A stretch of DNA of 64,000 nucleotides from a bacterium. Its GTDB lineage: Bacteria > JAAXHH01. The stretch's first letter is position 1, and each line of letters opens with the position of its first letter. This document shows positions 1 to 10,148 of the stretch, in pieces. The position numbers and the translations under genes are program-made. The stretch is from positions 46,403-110,402 of the forward strand of contig CBDEKM010000008.1 of NCBI GenBank assembly GCA_965240335.1. Direction: 5' to 3'. The notes below the pieces were generated by a model. The model searched no databases. It was given only the letters and a program-made list of their open reading frames with translations, and was not told the DNA's origin.

Positions 1-292
1 GCTGACCGTGACACGGACCATGATAGAAGAAACCGGCGCGTTGTCATCGGACACGAGCGGGTTCGTGGATACGACCATGACCATAGCCGGAACTAAAATC
101 GGGATCATATTCGTGGAATCCGAAGACGGAACGGTCCAGATCAGTTTACGGTCCCGGCGCGATACGGACGTCAACCAGATTGCCGTCGGCCTGGGCGGCG
201 GCGGCCACAGGAATGCTTCCGGCGCCGTGTTCAACGGTTCGCTCGAGCAAGCCGTCAAGACCGTCACAGAAGCTGCTGTCACCGCGCTGTAG
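1..292 (+). CDS. DHH/DHHA1 family phosphoesterase (NrnA-like), C-terminal part, truncated at window edge
   Basis: ISLRSR...GGGGHRNASG DHHA1 signature. Confidence 0.85.
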   Translation, partial: LTVTRTMIEETGALSSDTSGFVDTTMTIAGTKIGIIFVESEDGTVQISLRSRRDTDVNQIAVGLGGGGHRNASGAVFNGSLEQAVKTVTEAAVTAL

Positions 293-352
293 CCCGGCAG
301 ACTTTCCCCTCAAAACCCCACCGGCCGTAGACCGGCCGAACCAATCGAACGC

Positions 353-1165
353 ATGATGTTCCTGACTCGAAAAGCCCGGTTCTCGGCAGCGCACCTGTGC
401 CGCAACCCGGATTGGTCGGAAGCCACAAACAGGCGGATCTACGGGACCTGCGCCTCCGGCGGCCATGGCCACGACTACTTGGGCGAGTTCACCTTCGGGG
501 GACCCGTCGACCCCCGGACCGGCGTCGTCCTGAACCTGTCCGAAGTCAAGGAATTGCTTGGCGCCGTTATCGAACCGCTGGACCTGAGCCATCTGAACCA
601 TGACCACGCGGCCCTGGGTGAACCGGCTCCTACCACTGAAATGCTGGCCAGGTATCTCTGGCAGGCGCTTGAAAGCGGTACCGGGCCGTGCAGACTCACG
701 GGTATACGGCTGCATGAAAGCCGCACGAGACATATCGAATTCACCGGAGACGACAGCATGGTTTACGTCACGAGAAGTGTCGAGTTCAACGCCGCACACC
801 GTCTTCACAGTATAAGGTTGAGTGACGAAGAAAACGTGCGTATATTCGGTAAGTGCAACAATCCCCACGGTCATGGCCACAATTACGACCTGGCAGTTAC
901 GGTCCGTGGTCCCGTGGACGAAACGACCGGCATGGTGATCGACATGGGACGTTTCGATGAAATACTCCGAAAGGAAGTCGTGGATCGCTACGATCACCGG
1001 CACCTGAACCACGACCTGGAGGAATTCAGGACGGTCAATCCGACTTCAGAGGAGCTGCTGAGGGTAATCTGGAAACGGCTTGTCCCTTTTTTCGAAAAGC
1101 CTTCGCTCTACAGGATTCGCCTGGTGGAAACTTCCAAAAATGCTTTCGAGTACTTCGGAGAATAG
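353..1165 (+). CDS. Tandem-domain 6-pyruvoyl-tetrahydropterin synthase (PTPS/QueD family)
   Basis: Two T-fold repeats: FSAAH...C..GHGHDY and FNAAHRL...[12 protein letters not shown], with PT(T/S)E motifs; directly upstream of folE. Confidence 0.9.
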   Translation: MMFLTRKARFSAAHLCRNPDWSEATNRRIYGTCASGGHGHDYLGEFTFGGPVDPRTGVVLNLSEVKELLGAVIEPLDLSHLNHDHAALGEPAPTTEMLARYLWQALESGTGPCRLTGIRLHESRTRHIEFTGDDSMVYVTRSVEFNAAHRLHSIRLSDEENVRIFGKCNNPHGHGHNYDLAVTVRGPVDETTGMVIDMGRFDEILRKEVVDRYDHRHLNHDLEEFRTVNPTSEELLRVIWKRLVPFFEKPSLYRIRLVETSKNAFEYFGE

Positions 1166-1179
1166 GAGCGACAGCCACG

Positions 1180-1743
1180 ATGGATCCGATCGAGGGATTG
1201 ACGAGGTCGCTGCTCTCGGAATTAGGCGAGAATCCGGACCGGGACGGCCTGAAGCGGACTCCGCATCGCGTGGCCCAGTCCCTGCGGTTTCTGACCCAGG
1301 GTTACGAGAAAAGCATTGAAACCGTCATCAATAACGCTATCTATGAAGAAGACTACGATGAGATGGTGCTGGTGAAGGACATCGAGTTCTTTTCGCTGTG
1401 CGAGCATCATCTTCTACCGTTTTTCGGTCAGTGCCATATCGCTTATATTCCCAACGGCAAGATCATCGGGCTGGGCAAGATACCCCGAATCGTGGATGTT
1501 TTCTCCCGGCGTCTGCAATTGCAGGAACGCCTGACCAGTCAGATCGCCCAGACCCTTCAGGATTACCTCGATCCCCAGGGGGTGGCCGTTGTCATGGAAG
1601 CGGGTCATCTCTGCATGATGATGCGCGGTGTGGAAAAACAGCATTCAAAGGCGACGACGAGCGCCATGCTCGGCGTGTTCCGGGACGATCGCAGCACGCG
1701 GATGGAATTTCTCGGATTGACCAAATCCAAGGACAGCGGGTAA
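1180..1743 (+). CDS. folE: GTP cyclohydrolase I
   Basis: [40 protein letters not shown] motifs. Confidence 0.97.
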   Translation: MDPIEGLTRSLLSELGENPDRDGLKRTPHRVAQSLRFLTQGYEKSIETVINNAIYEEDYDEMVLVKDIEFFSLCEHHLLPFFGQCHIAYIPNGKIIGLGKIPRIVDVFSRRLQLQERLTSQIAQTLQDYLDPQGVAVVMEAGHLCMMMRGVEKQHSKATTSAMLGVFRDDRSTRMEFLGLTKSKDSG

Positions 1744-1795
1744 AACCGCGTCAGGCAGGGCGGCTATTGCCAAAGAGACCGCCTCGGAAGAGTCT

Positions 1796-3241
1796 ATGAA
1801 TAAAGACCAACTAGTCGATCAACTTGTGGCTGTTCTGGGCCGCGAAAACGTCATCGACGCGCCGGATCAGCTGATCGTTTACGAATGCGACGGGCTGACC
1901 ATCGACCGGAACGCGCCCCATGCCGTGGTTTTACCGACCACGACCGAGGACGTGGCGGCCGTGGTCCGGATCCTCCACGAAGCGCGCATACCCTTCGTGG
2001 CGCGCGGAGCCGGCACCGGGCTGAGCGGCGGCAGTCTTCCCCCGGACGGCGGAGTCATGATCGCGCTCACCAGGATGAACCGCATCGTGGAGGTCGACTT
2101 CCGAAATCAGCGCGCTCTTGTGGAGGCCGGTGTGGTCAACCTGCACCTGTCGAAGGAAGTCGGACGGCAGGGGTATCATTTCGTACCGGATCCTTCCAGC
2201 CAGTACGCCTGCACCATCGGTGGCAACATCGCCGAAAACTCAGGCGGCCCCCACACCTTGAAGTACGGGGTCACGACCAACCATACCCTGGGCGTGGAGG
2301 TGGTCATGCCCGACGGACAGATCACATGGTTCGGCGGCAAGGCGGACGACTCGGTAGGTTACGACCTGCGCGGTCTCCTGATCGGATCCGAGGGCATGCT
2401 GGGCATCGTCACGCGGGCGTGGGTCAAATTGACCCGCCTACCGCAGGCCTGGCGGACATTCCTGGTGGTCTTCGACACCGTGGAGGACGCGTCCCACGCG
2501 GTCGCCGGCGTCATATCACTCGGGATCGTCCCATCGGCCCTCGAAATGGTGGACAAAGTCGCCATCGGAGCCATCGAGGAAGCCTATCATTTCGGTTTTC
2601 CCTTGGACGCGGAAGCCGTGCTGATCATCGAACTGGAAGGGCATGAGGCCGGCCTGGACACCCAGGCCGAAGAGGTAGCCGCGGTTTGCCGGGAGAACCT
2701 GGCCCGGGATATCCGGACGGCGCAAGACGAGAAAGAACGCGCCTTGTTGTGGAAGAGCCGCAAACGGGCCTTCGGCGCCATGGGACGCCTGAGTCCGAGC
2801 TACTACGTGCAGGACGGGGTGGTTCCCCGCACGAAAATCCCTGACATCATGCGGGTCATCAAGACGACGGCCTTGAAGTACGAACTCCTGATCGGCAACG
2901 TTTTCCACGCCGGCGACGGCAACATACATCCCTGTATCGCCTATGACGACCGGGACAAGGAACAGGCGCGGAAGACCGTGGAAGCCAGCAACGAGATTCT
3001 GCGAGCCTGTGTCGACCTGGGAGGTTCCATAACCGGTGAACACGGGATCGGGTATGAGAAAGTCGACCTGATGCCCTTGATTTTCGACGAACCGGATATC
3101 CAGGCCATGGAAACGGTCAAAGAGGTTTTCGACGAAAACAATCTCAGCAATCCCGGCAAGATGTTTCCCACGAACCGTTCCTGTATCGGATGCGGAACCG
3201 TGGAACTGAAATACACCAATCGCCAGGCTGCGCTGCTGTAG
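1796..3241 (+). CDS. glcD: FAD-linked glycolate/2-hydroxyacid oxidase subunit GlcD
   Basis: RGAGTGLSGG, PDPSSQ..CTIGGNIAENSGGPH, FHAGDGNIHP, GEHGIG. Confidence 0.88.
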   Translation: MNKDQLVDQLVAVLGRENVIDAPDQLIVYECDGLTIDRNAPHAVVLPTTTEDVAAVVRILHEARIPFVARGAGTGLSGGSLPPDGGVMIALTRMNRIVEVDFRNQRALVEAGVVNLHLSKEVGRQGYHFVPDPSSQYACTIGGNIAENSGGPHTLKYGVTTNHTLGVEVVMPDGQITWFGGKADDSVGYDLRGLLIGSEGMLGIVTRAWVKLTRLPQAWRTFLVVFDTVEDASHAVAGVISLGIVPSALEMVDKVAIGAIEEAYHFGFPLDAEAVLIIELEGHEAGLDTQAEEVAAVCRENLARDIRTAQDEKERALLWKSRKRAFGAMGRLSPSYYVQDGVVPRTKIPDIMRVIKTTALKYELLIGNVFHAGDGNIHPCIAYDDRDKEQARKTVEASNEILRACVDLGGSITGEHGIGYEKVDLMPLIFDEPDIQAMETVKEVFDENNLSNPGKMFPTNRSCIGCGTVELKYTNRQAALL

Positions 3242-3265
3242 ATACGATGGAGCACAGGTCCGCCC

Positions 3266-4647
3266 ATGCCCGAAGAGGTGCTGCACAGCAGGCTCGGATC
3301 CCTGGTGGACGACTATGTCCCCGCGAGCGGAGATGTGCTGGCGACCCATGCCGTGGACGGGATCATTCCCGTGGCCGTCGTTGCGCCGGAGAGCCTGGAA
3401 TCCCTATCGGCCACCGTCAAAATGGCCTCGGAACAGGGATATGCCGTGATTCCGCGAGGCGGCGGCACCAAGATGGATTTCGGACTTCCGCCATCACGCG
3501 CGGACATCGTGGTGTCCCTGGAGCGGCTGAACCGGATCGTCTCCCACGAACCCGCCGACCAGACGGCCACGGCGGAGGCGGGCATCACCATGGCCGGTCT
3601 GCAGGCCGGTCTGGGAGATCGGGGTCAGTACCTGCCCCTGGATCCTCCCCACGGCCACGCCGGCACCCTGGGCGGCGTACTCGCCACCAACACATCCGGC
3701 GTCCTGCGGACCTCTTACGGCACGGCCAGGGACATGGTCATCGGGGCCCGGGTCGTCCAGGCGGATGGCACCATCGTCAAATCCGGGGGACAGGTCGTGA
3801 AGAACGTGGCGGGTTACGACATGAACAAGATGTACATCGGATCGCTCGGCACGCTCGGCATACTGGCGGAGGTGACCCTGAAACTCCAGCCGCTGCCGGC
3901 AGAAGGAAAAATGGTCGTAGGTAGCATGCCGGGCATATCGACTGCGACCGAGTGCGCCTTACGTATCATGGATTCGGAGATCATGCCATCCTTCCTGGAA
4001 CTGGCGAATCCCGTATCTTACTCGATGTTGGCACGGCATGCCGGCGGGGGACGGAGCGACGATACCCGGGGCGAATCGGGCTTTCCGCTCTTTGCGGGCA
4101 TGATCGGTCCTGAAGAAACGGTTGACTGGCAGGTCGAGGCTTGCGAGGAAATCTTCCACGACATGGGAGCGGCCGAAGTCATTCACCTGACCGGGGACGA
4201 ATACAGCCAGTGGCTTGAATCCATGCGGGAGTTTCCCGCGGGCCGGCTCATACCCCCGGGTATGCGTCCCGGTGTGACCTGCCGGGCCAGCGTAACCCCG
4301 GACGAGGTCGGTAACCTGTATCAACTGGCCGAAGACCGCTGCCGGCGGTTGTCCATCGGCTGCGGCATGCTTTCGCATTTCACCAGTGGCCATGTCGCCT
4401 TCGTCTTCTACCGGGAACAGCCTTTCCAGGAGGCGGATTCGGAAATACTGGCGAGCCTGGTCTCGGATTTGCGCAACGCCGCGGAGAAGCACGGCGCCTT
4501 CGTCGTGGAACATGCCCCGACCGTCCTGAAAAAAAGGTCGATGTCTGGGGCTCTTCCCGCGGAAACCAGCACGTCATGGAAATGCTCAAGTACCGGTTTG
4601 ATCCAAAAGGCACGTTGAATCCCGGACGGTTTGTCGGCGGAATCTGA
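3266..4647 (+). CDS. glcE: FAD-binding oxidoreductase GlcE-like; 1-nt indel in the A-run at ~4529-4535
   Basis: GGQVVKNVAGYDM, GSLGTLG; correcting the A-run gives the canonical end VDVWG...FDPKGTLNPGRFVGGI* (TGA 4645-4647). Confidence 0.8.
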
Positions 4648-4712
4648 AGGAACCCGTCGTTGCGCCGCGCCTGGATATACCACACATCGCCAGGTAAATC
4701 GAGGGAACCCAC

Positions 4713-5972
4713 ATGAAGCTGCCTGAATTCACGAAGATACGTCAGCGGTTCGACGCACCATTCGTCGAGGACCTTTCCGGGACGACCGAAGGTGAGGTCT
4801 CTCGCATGATCGAAGAGACGGGTATGCGTCCCGGTTCGACGGTGGCCGTCGCGGCGGGAAGCCGGGGCATCGGCAACATCGCGACTATCGTTAAGCACGT
4901 CGTTTCCGCACTCGAGAAGGCCGATCTGAAACCCTTTGTCGTGCCGGCCATGGGCAGTCACGGCGGTGCGACATCTGAAGGGCAGCGGCGGGTCCTGGAG
5001 AATTACGGGATCAGCGAATCGACGACCGGGTGTCCCATACGCTCAGACATCGAGCCGGCGAGTCTCGGCGAGACCGCGGACGGGCTGCCCGTATACCTGG
5101 ACCGGAACGCCCTTGGCGCCGATCATATCGTGATGGTAAACCGCGTTAAACCCCACACGGACTTCAAGGGATCGGTCGGAAGCGGCCTGATGAAGATGCT
5201 GGCCATTGGACTGGGCAAGCAGAAGGGCGCCAGCTACTACCACGGCGCGGTCTTCGAGTACGGATTCGAACACATGATCACGACCGTGTCGCAGCACGTA
5301 TTGCGGCACGCTCCCGTGGCCTTCGGACTGGCCATTATCGAAAACGCCTACGATCAGACCGCCCACATCGTCGGCGTTCCGGCGAACGTCCTGGAGACGG
5401 AAGAACGCCGGTTATTTCAGGAAGCGCAGCGCCTGATGCCGCGACTGCCGTCCGACGACATCGACATACTGATCGTCGACGAGATGGGCAAGAATATCAG
5501 CGGAACCGGCATGGACACGAATATTATCGGCCGACGCATGCAGAATTTCGAGACGGAACCCCAGAATCCGCGGATCCTGCGTATCATCGTCCGCGACCTG
5601 ACCCCGGAAAGCGAAGGCAACGCGGTGGGCATCGGACTGGCCGATTTCACCACCCGCCGCCTGGTGGACAAGATCAATCACCAGTATACCTACATCAATT
5701 CCATCACGGGCATGAGCCCGCAGAAATCCCGCATCCCCGTGTATCTGGATTCGGACCGCGAAGTCATCGAAGCCGCCTTTTCCACCATCGGCATGAAATC
5801 GCCTGGGGACGGACGCGCCGTTCGGATCAAGAATACATTGTCGCTCGGACAGGTCGCGATTTCCGATGCGCTGGTGGAGGAAATGGCCGAACGGGAAGAC
5901 ATCGAAATCGCCGACCGCCGGAGCCCGCTAGCCTTCGACGACCGCGGTACGCTGGCTTCCCTACCGGGCTGA
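4713..5972 (+). CDS. Lactate racemase (LarA) N-terminal domain / DUF2088-like protein
   Basis: AVAAGSRGI, PAMGSHGGAT, NRVKPHTDF, GKNISGTGMDTNIIGR motifs. Confidence 0.7.
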   Translation: MKLPEFTKIRQRFDAPFVEDLSGTTEGEVSRMIEETGMRPGSTVAVAAGSRGIGNIATIVKHVVSALEKADLKPFVVPAMGSHGGATSEGQRRVLENYGISESTTGCPIRSDIEPASLGETADGLPVYLDRNALGADHIVMVNRVKPHTDFKGSVGSGLMKMLAIGLGKQKGASYYHGAVFEYGFEHMITTVSQHVLRHAPVAFGLAIIENAYDQTAHIVGVPANVLETEERRLFQEAQRLMPRLPSDDIDILIVDEMGKNISGTGMDTNIIGRRMQNFETEPQNPRILRIIVRDLTPESEGNAVGIGLADFTTRRLVDKINHQYTYINSITGMSPQKSRIPVYLDSDREVIEAAFSTIGMKSPGDGRAVRIKNTLSLGQVAISDALVEEMAEREDIEIADRRSPLAFDDRGTLASLPG

Positions 5973-6008
5973 CCCGCCCACCTCGCCACCCCACTAGTCT
6001 ATTTTTTG

Positions 6009-6036
6009 TTGACAAAACACCCAGGTTTTGTATATT
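6009..6036 (+). promoter_or_regulatory. Sigma70-type promoter for the sigma factor gene
   Basis: TTGACA(6009-6014)-N16-TATATT(6031-6036); overlaps inverted repeat ACAAAAC/GTTTTGT. Confidence 0.65.
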
Positions 6037-6143
6037 AGTCAGCTGCCGGTTTTTTGGCGAGGTACGCCAGAAAGCCGTAACCGGCAGGAAGTGTCGAGTA
6101 AAGGGGACGGAAACATCCCCGATGTCAAACTGTAAACCAGGAG

Positions 6144-7016
6144 TTGTCGCAGAACGTGCGTACCTTAACAAAATCCCATTCGATGGCGTCAGAAGACCGT
6201 TCCCTCGATCTTTACCTGCAGGAGATCGGCAACGTACCACTGTTAATGGCCGAAGAAGAAACCGAACTGGCCCGGTCGGTCCGCGCCGGAGACCAGAAGG
6301 CGCTGGAGAAGCTGACGGCGTCCAATCTCCGTTTCGTGGTCAGCGTGGCCAAGCAGTACCAGAACCAGGGTCTCTCCCTGTCCGACCTGATCAATGAAGG
6401 CAATATCGGATTGATCAAGGCGGCCAAACGATTCGACGAAACCAAGGGCTTCAAGTTCATATCCTACGCGGTGTGGTGGATACGGCAGTCCATTCTCCAG
6501 GCCCTCGCAGAGCAGTCCCGGATTGTCCGGTTGCCCCTGAGCCGCGTGGGTACGCTCCACAAAATCGGCAGGTTGTCCAGCGAATTCGAACAGGAATTCG
6601 GACGTGAACCCAGCACCGAGGAAATCGCGCAGGAGCTGGAAATGAATCCCGGCGACGTGAAAGACACGATGCGCATCGCGAGCCGCCACGTGTCGCTGGA
6701 CGCGCCGCTCAAGGCCGGGGAAGACAACCGGTTGCTGGACCTCTTGGAGGATGACGATCAGGACGCGCCCGATGAAGCCCTCATGGTGGATTCGCTGAAG
6801 GAAGAGATATTCAAGGCGCTCGGTTCTCTGACCAAAAGGGAAGCGGCGGTGGTCGCGTTGTACTTCGGCATCAACATGGAAAAATCCTACACCCTGGAGG
6901 AGATCGGTTCGCGTTTCAGTCTGACACGGGAACGCGTACGGCAGATCAAGGAAAAGGCGCTTCGCAGGCTGCGCCACGTCTCCAGGAGCCAGAAGCTTCG
7001 GGCCTATCTGAACTGA
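6144..7016 (+). CDS. RNA polymerase sigma-70 factor, RpoD/SigA family lacking region 1.1 (exact start uncertain)
   Basis: [41 protein letters not shown]...TRERVRQI. Confidence 0.93.
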   Translation: MSQNVRTLTKSHSMASEDRSLDLYLQEIGNVPLLMAEEETELARSVRAGDQKALEKLTASNLRFVVSVAKQYQNQGLSLSDLINEGNIGLIKAAKRFDETKGFKFISYAVWWIRQSILQALAEQSRIVRLPLSRVGTLHKIGRLSSEFEQEFGREPSTEEIAQELEMNPGDVKDTMRIASRHVSLDAPLKAGEDNRLLDLLEDDDQDAPDEALMVDSLKEEIFKALGSLTKREAAVVALYFGINMEKSYTLEEIGSRFSLTRERVRQIKEKALRRLRHVSRSQKLRAYLN

Positions 7017-7116
7017 TCGATCCCCATTCCGAGCCAAGGCGGGACCCTCCCAGGACAACCCGCCGTGCATCGTCCTCCCCGGAGGACGCACCGACCGCCG
7101 GACCACGGAGGCGGAT

Positions 7117-8034
7117 ATGCCATTGCGCAGATTCATATCGCTCATACATCTACCAGGTCGCTCCCACGTCGGTCCCAGGGCATTCGGCGGCTGGTCGTTC
7201 CTGGCCGGCATCACCGTTTTAGTGCTCCTGTTGCTTGTTGGATGGCATTTCGGCACACCATATCTACTTACCTTGCTGGACAACGGATCACTGGCCGAAC
7301 GGGAGGCGGAGAACGCCCGTTTGAGCGAACAGCTGCGGGCCCTTCATCAACTCGATGGCAGTCTTGAAACGCAGATCCGGACTTTATCTGAACGGGCGGT
7401 GGACATAAGTACGATCGTTCACGGGTCGAACACACCCGGTCCGGTTGGCGGTACGGGCGGTCCGTCCGCTTCCGCTTCGTCCATGTCGACCACAGAAGCC
7501 TACAGTTCGCCCGGAGAGGCGGTGCGCGAGATCGGTGGAAGGATAGACCGGTTGCTGATCGAAGCCCGCGAAGAACTGGCCAGCCTGCGATCTGTCGAAG
7601 CACAATCCAGGGAGAACGAGACATACTGGCACGGTATCCCCGTCGTGTCGCCGGTGCGCGGTCCCGTTTCCAGATACTTCGGTTCGTCGCGCAACCTGCT
7701 GAGCGACGAGCCACGCGTACATGGCGGACTGGATATCGCTGCACCCAGGGACGAGCCGGTTCGGGCGACAGCCGACGGCGTTGTTTCTCGCACCGGCGTA
7801 AACACGAGCCTCGGCCGGTACGTGGACATCACCCATCAGAACGGGTACACGACGCGATACGGCCATCTATCGGAAGTGCTTGTCGCAAGAGGGAAGCGGA
7901 TGAAACGGGGAGAGATCATCGGACTGGTCGGCAAGACCGGCAAGACCAATGGATACCATATCCACTACGAGATTCACCACGAGGGCCGCATTCTCGATCC
8001 GTCTACCTCCTTTTTCCCGGCTCAGGGACTGTAA
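7117..8034 (+). CDS. M23 family metallopeptidase, membrane anchored
   Basis: TM helix, coiled coil, HGGLD...YGHL...HIHYE zinc motifs. Confidence 0.9.
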   Translation: MPLRRFISLIHLPGRSHVGPRAFGGWSFLAGITVLVLLLLVGWHFGTPYLLTLLDNGSLAEREAENARLSEQLRALHQLDGSLETQIRTLSERAVDISTIVHGSNTPGPVGGTGGPSASASSMSTTEAYSSPGEAVREIGGRIDRLLIEAREELASLRSVEAQSRENETYWHGIPVVSPVRGPVSRYFGSSRNLLSDEPRVHGGLDIAAPRDEPVRATADGVVSRTGVNTSLGRYVDITHQNGYTTRYGHLSEVLVARGKRMKRGEIIGLVGKTGKTNGYHIHYEIHHEGRILDPSTSFFPAQGL

Positions 8035-8177
8035 TATCGCCAGTCCGTAGACGCTAGATTGCAAAAAAAGTTTGACACGCATGCCAAATCTATTCATTTT
8101 GAACTTTATATGTTTGGGTAACTGGTTTACGCGCTAAGACAAAGGTGGATTTGTAACCCGTTTCAGGATCAACAGCT

Positions 8178-9056
8178 TTGAGAAAAAACCGACTGCCGAC
8201 CTGGCTCATGGTCTTGCATTTTGGGGATCGGTCGATACGTATCCCCAGCCTGCTGATCCCTGTAATGCTGGGCGCGCTGTTAATGGTAACAGGCGTCTTG
8301 TACTCTGGCGCGCGATCGATACTCGCGGAGTACAGGCATGTAAGTTATCACGAAGAAATCAGGATACTGGAACAGTCGAGCCGGTCGAACAAGGCCAGGC
8401 TGGACGCGCTCATCGTATCCGAGGAATCGGCCCGCCTGATATCGGGCCTGCCCATGATCCACCCGGATGTGCGGCTGGTCGGTGTGGGTGGAAGCGCCGA
8501 GATTCCAGCGCCGCGGTTCAATATAGATTCTCCCTATTACCGGGTATCCAGACTGCACTCCGAGATGGAAACCTCGAAACGCATGTCGAGTCTTTCGCTC
8601 AGGAGCATGGAAGATATCGAGCAACAGGTCCGGGAGATAGACGACCGCTGGCAGTTCGTACCCTCAATTACACCGGTGACGGGCGTGATTACCAGTCGGT
8701 ATGGACCGCGGAACGACCCCTTTTCGGGTCTCTACACCATGCACCGCGGGATCGATATCGCCGCGGCTCCGGGCACGCCGGTGAAATCTCCGGCCAACGG
8801 TATTGTGGTCAAGACCGGCGTGGGCGCCCGGTACGGCCTGCATATCGACGTGGACCACCAGAACGGATTCAAGACCCGTTTCGGACATCTCTCCGCGATC
8901 ATGGTCAAAAAGGGTATGGAACTGAAGCGCGGCGACGTCATCGGCCAGGTTGGGATGACAGGAAGAGCCAACGGGTACCACCTGCACTACGAGATTCAGA
9001 AGGACCGGCGACGGGTCAATCCCATCAAGTACATCTGGTCGGAAAACGACTGCTGA
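8178..9056 (+). CDS. M23 family metallopeptidase (paralog)
   Basis: HRGID, FGHL, HLHYE motifs; candidate TTGACA at 8072. Confidence 0.9.
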   Translation: MRKNRLPTWLMVLHFGDRSIRIPSLLIPVMLGALLMVTGVLYSGARSILAEYRHVSYHEEIRILEQSSRSNKARLDALIVSEESARLISGLPMIHPDVRLVGVGGSAEIPAPRFNIDSPYYRVSRLHSEMETSKRMSSLSLRSMEDIEQQVREIDDRWQFVPSITPVTGVITSRYGPRNDPFSGLYTMHRGIDIAAAPGTPVKSPANGIVVKTGVGARYGLHIDVDHQNGFKTRFGHLSAIMVKKGMELKRGDVIGQVGMTGRANGYHLHYEIQKDRRRVNPIKYIWSENDC

Positions 9057-9081
9057 TCCGTTCAGACCGCTAAGCATGAGT

Positions 9082-9122
9082 AAAGGCAGGGGGTGTGGTT
9101 TCCTCCCTGCCTTTTCTATTTT
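9082..9122 (+). terminator. Rho-independent terminator after the M23 pair
   Basis: AAAGGCAGGG(9082-9091)/CCCTGCCTTT(9105-9114) stem followed by T-rich tract. Confidence 0.75.
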
Positions 9123-9185
9123 ATGCTGCTGCTGATCCCCGGAATGATCTCCTCTTATATATCTACATTCCCAGAGGTTGGCTGA

Positions 9186-9356
9186 ATGTCTCGTATCGTC
9201 GTCGGCAGTTCGAGTACGGACAAGGTCATTTTGGCGCTTCGGATTCCAGTGCCCGGGGAGACCATCCTCGGAGGACGGTTCATGCCCGCCGCGGTCTCGG
9301 TGACCCGGCGGGGCGCCCGGCCGTTTCTGCCGACCCGGGAAAAAGTGGAGGATTAG
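9186..9356 (+). pseudogene. Internally deleted ribokinase (PfkB/RbsK) remnant, 56 codons
   Basis: MSRIVVGSSSTDKVILALRIPVPGETILGGRFM (RbsK N-terminus-like) fused in frame to AAVSVTRRGARPFLPTREKVED (RbsK C-terminus-like); below the 60-aa ORF-track cutoff. Confidence 0.65.
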
Positions 9357-9360
9357 ATCG

Positions 9361-10086
9361 ATGTTTCGACAGGACTACATCATGAGAACCATCCGCGTTT
9401 TCATCGATGCCATGATCCTGCTGATCCGGTCCCGGCGCGACCAGGACTTCCACCGGGCCCGTTCTATCATCACGCAGACCTGGGAGGACATCTTCGGATT
9501 GTCAACCGCCTCCGTGATGGCGCTCTCGGAGCGAACCCTGCTGTCCATGCTGATGAAACGGAGCGGCGGGGCGGTAGACACGGCCCTCATGGCCGCACGC
9601 CTGTTCAAGGAGGACGGCGCGCTGGCCATGGTTGACGGACAGGAGGAAGACGGACGGCGGCTTTTTCGCAAGGCGCTCAACTGTTACCTGGAAATCGCCG
9701 TGGAACCGTCCATCGGCACGGAAGGTTTTCGCTGGATCAGCGAAGAAATAAACGCCACGAGTCTCGTGACGGACCCCCACGAAGCGATCGGTGAATTGCT
9801 GGATCTCCTGGAGGATGAGGAACTGCCCATGTCGACCTCGATGCTGTTGTTCAGGTACTATGAACGGTACGGTCACTTTGCCCGGGCCGAAGACATCCTC
9901 TTCCACATACTGGACGACTACCCCGCCGAGCCCGAAATCGCCAGGCTCGGACTGGGATTCTACGAACGGCTCGAATCCATGGCGAACGACCGCCTGGAAA
10001 GGGGTGGGCTGCCCCGCGGAGAGGTCTTGGAAGGACTGGATCAACTGCGGTCGCGGATACGGCGGTACGGGTTTGTTTTTGATTGA
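9361..10086 (+). CDS. DUF6483-like hypothetical protein
   Basis: MF.QDYIMR.I start; LFRYYE..GHFARAED.LF and LERGGLPRGEV.EGL end. Confidence 0.7.
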   Translation: MFRQDYIMRTIRVFIDAMILLIRSRRDQDFHRARSIITQTWEDIFGLSTASVMALSERTLLSMLMKRSGGAVDTALMAARLFKEDGALAMVDGQEEDGRRLFRKALNCYLEIAVEPSIGTEGFRWISEEINATSLVTDPHEAIGELLDLLEDEELPMSTSMLLFRYYERYGHFARAEDILFHILDDYPAEPEIARLGLGFYERLESMANDRLERGGLPRGEVLEGLDQLRSRIRRYGFVFD

Positions 10087-10111
10087 CGATACCTCGCAGG
10101 TTCTATAGATT
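10083..10111 (+). promoter_or_regulatory. Sigma70-type promoter for miaB
   Basis: TTGACG-N17-TAGATT; implies the miaB start lies downstream (ATG 10149 or later). Confidence 0.6.
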
Positions 10112-10148
10112 AGCGCGAACTGAAAACACGCGAAAAAACGGGGCAGTA

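Noticed and set aside
4529-4535. Programmed frameshifting or phase variation at homopolymers (glcE A-run, cargo ORF G-run, MT-A70 T-run)
   Set aside because: The runs are short and indels occur throughout the window, including in enolase; sequencing error is the simpler explanation.
10083-10148. N-terminal extension of MiaB from a TTG start
   Set aside because: That TTG is the -35 box of a well-spaced promoter. Similar ORF-track extensions on eno (60900), the nitrilase (32192), clpX (17435) and the esterase (23193) were also trimmed.
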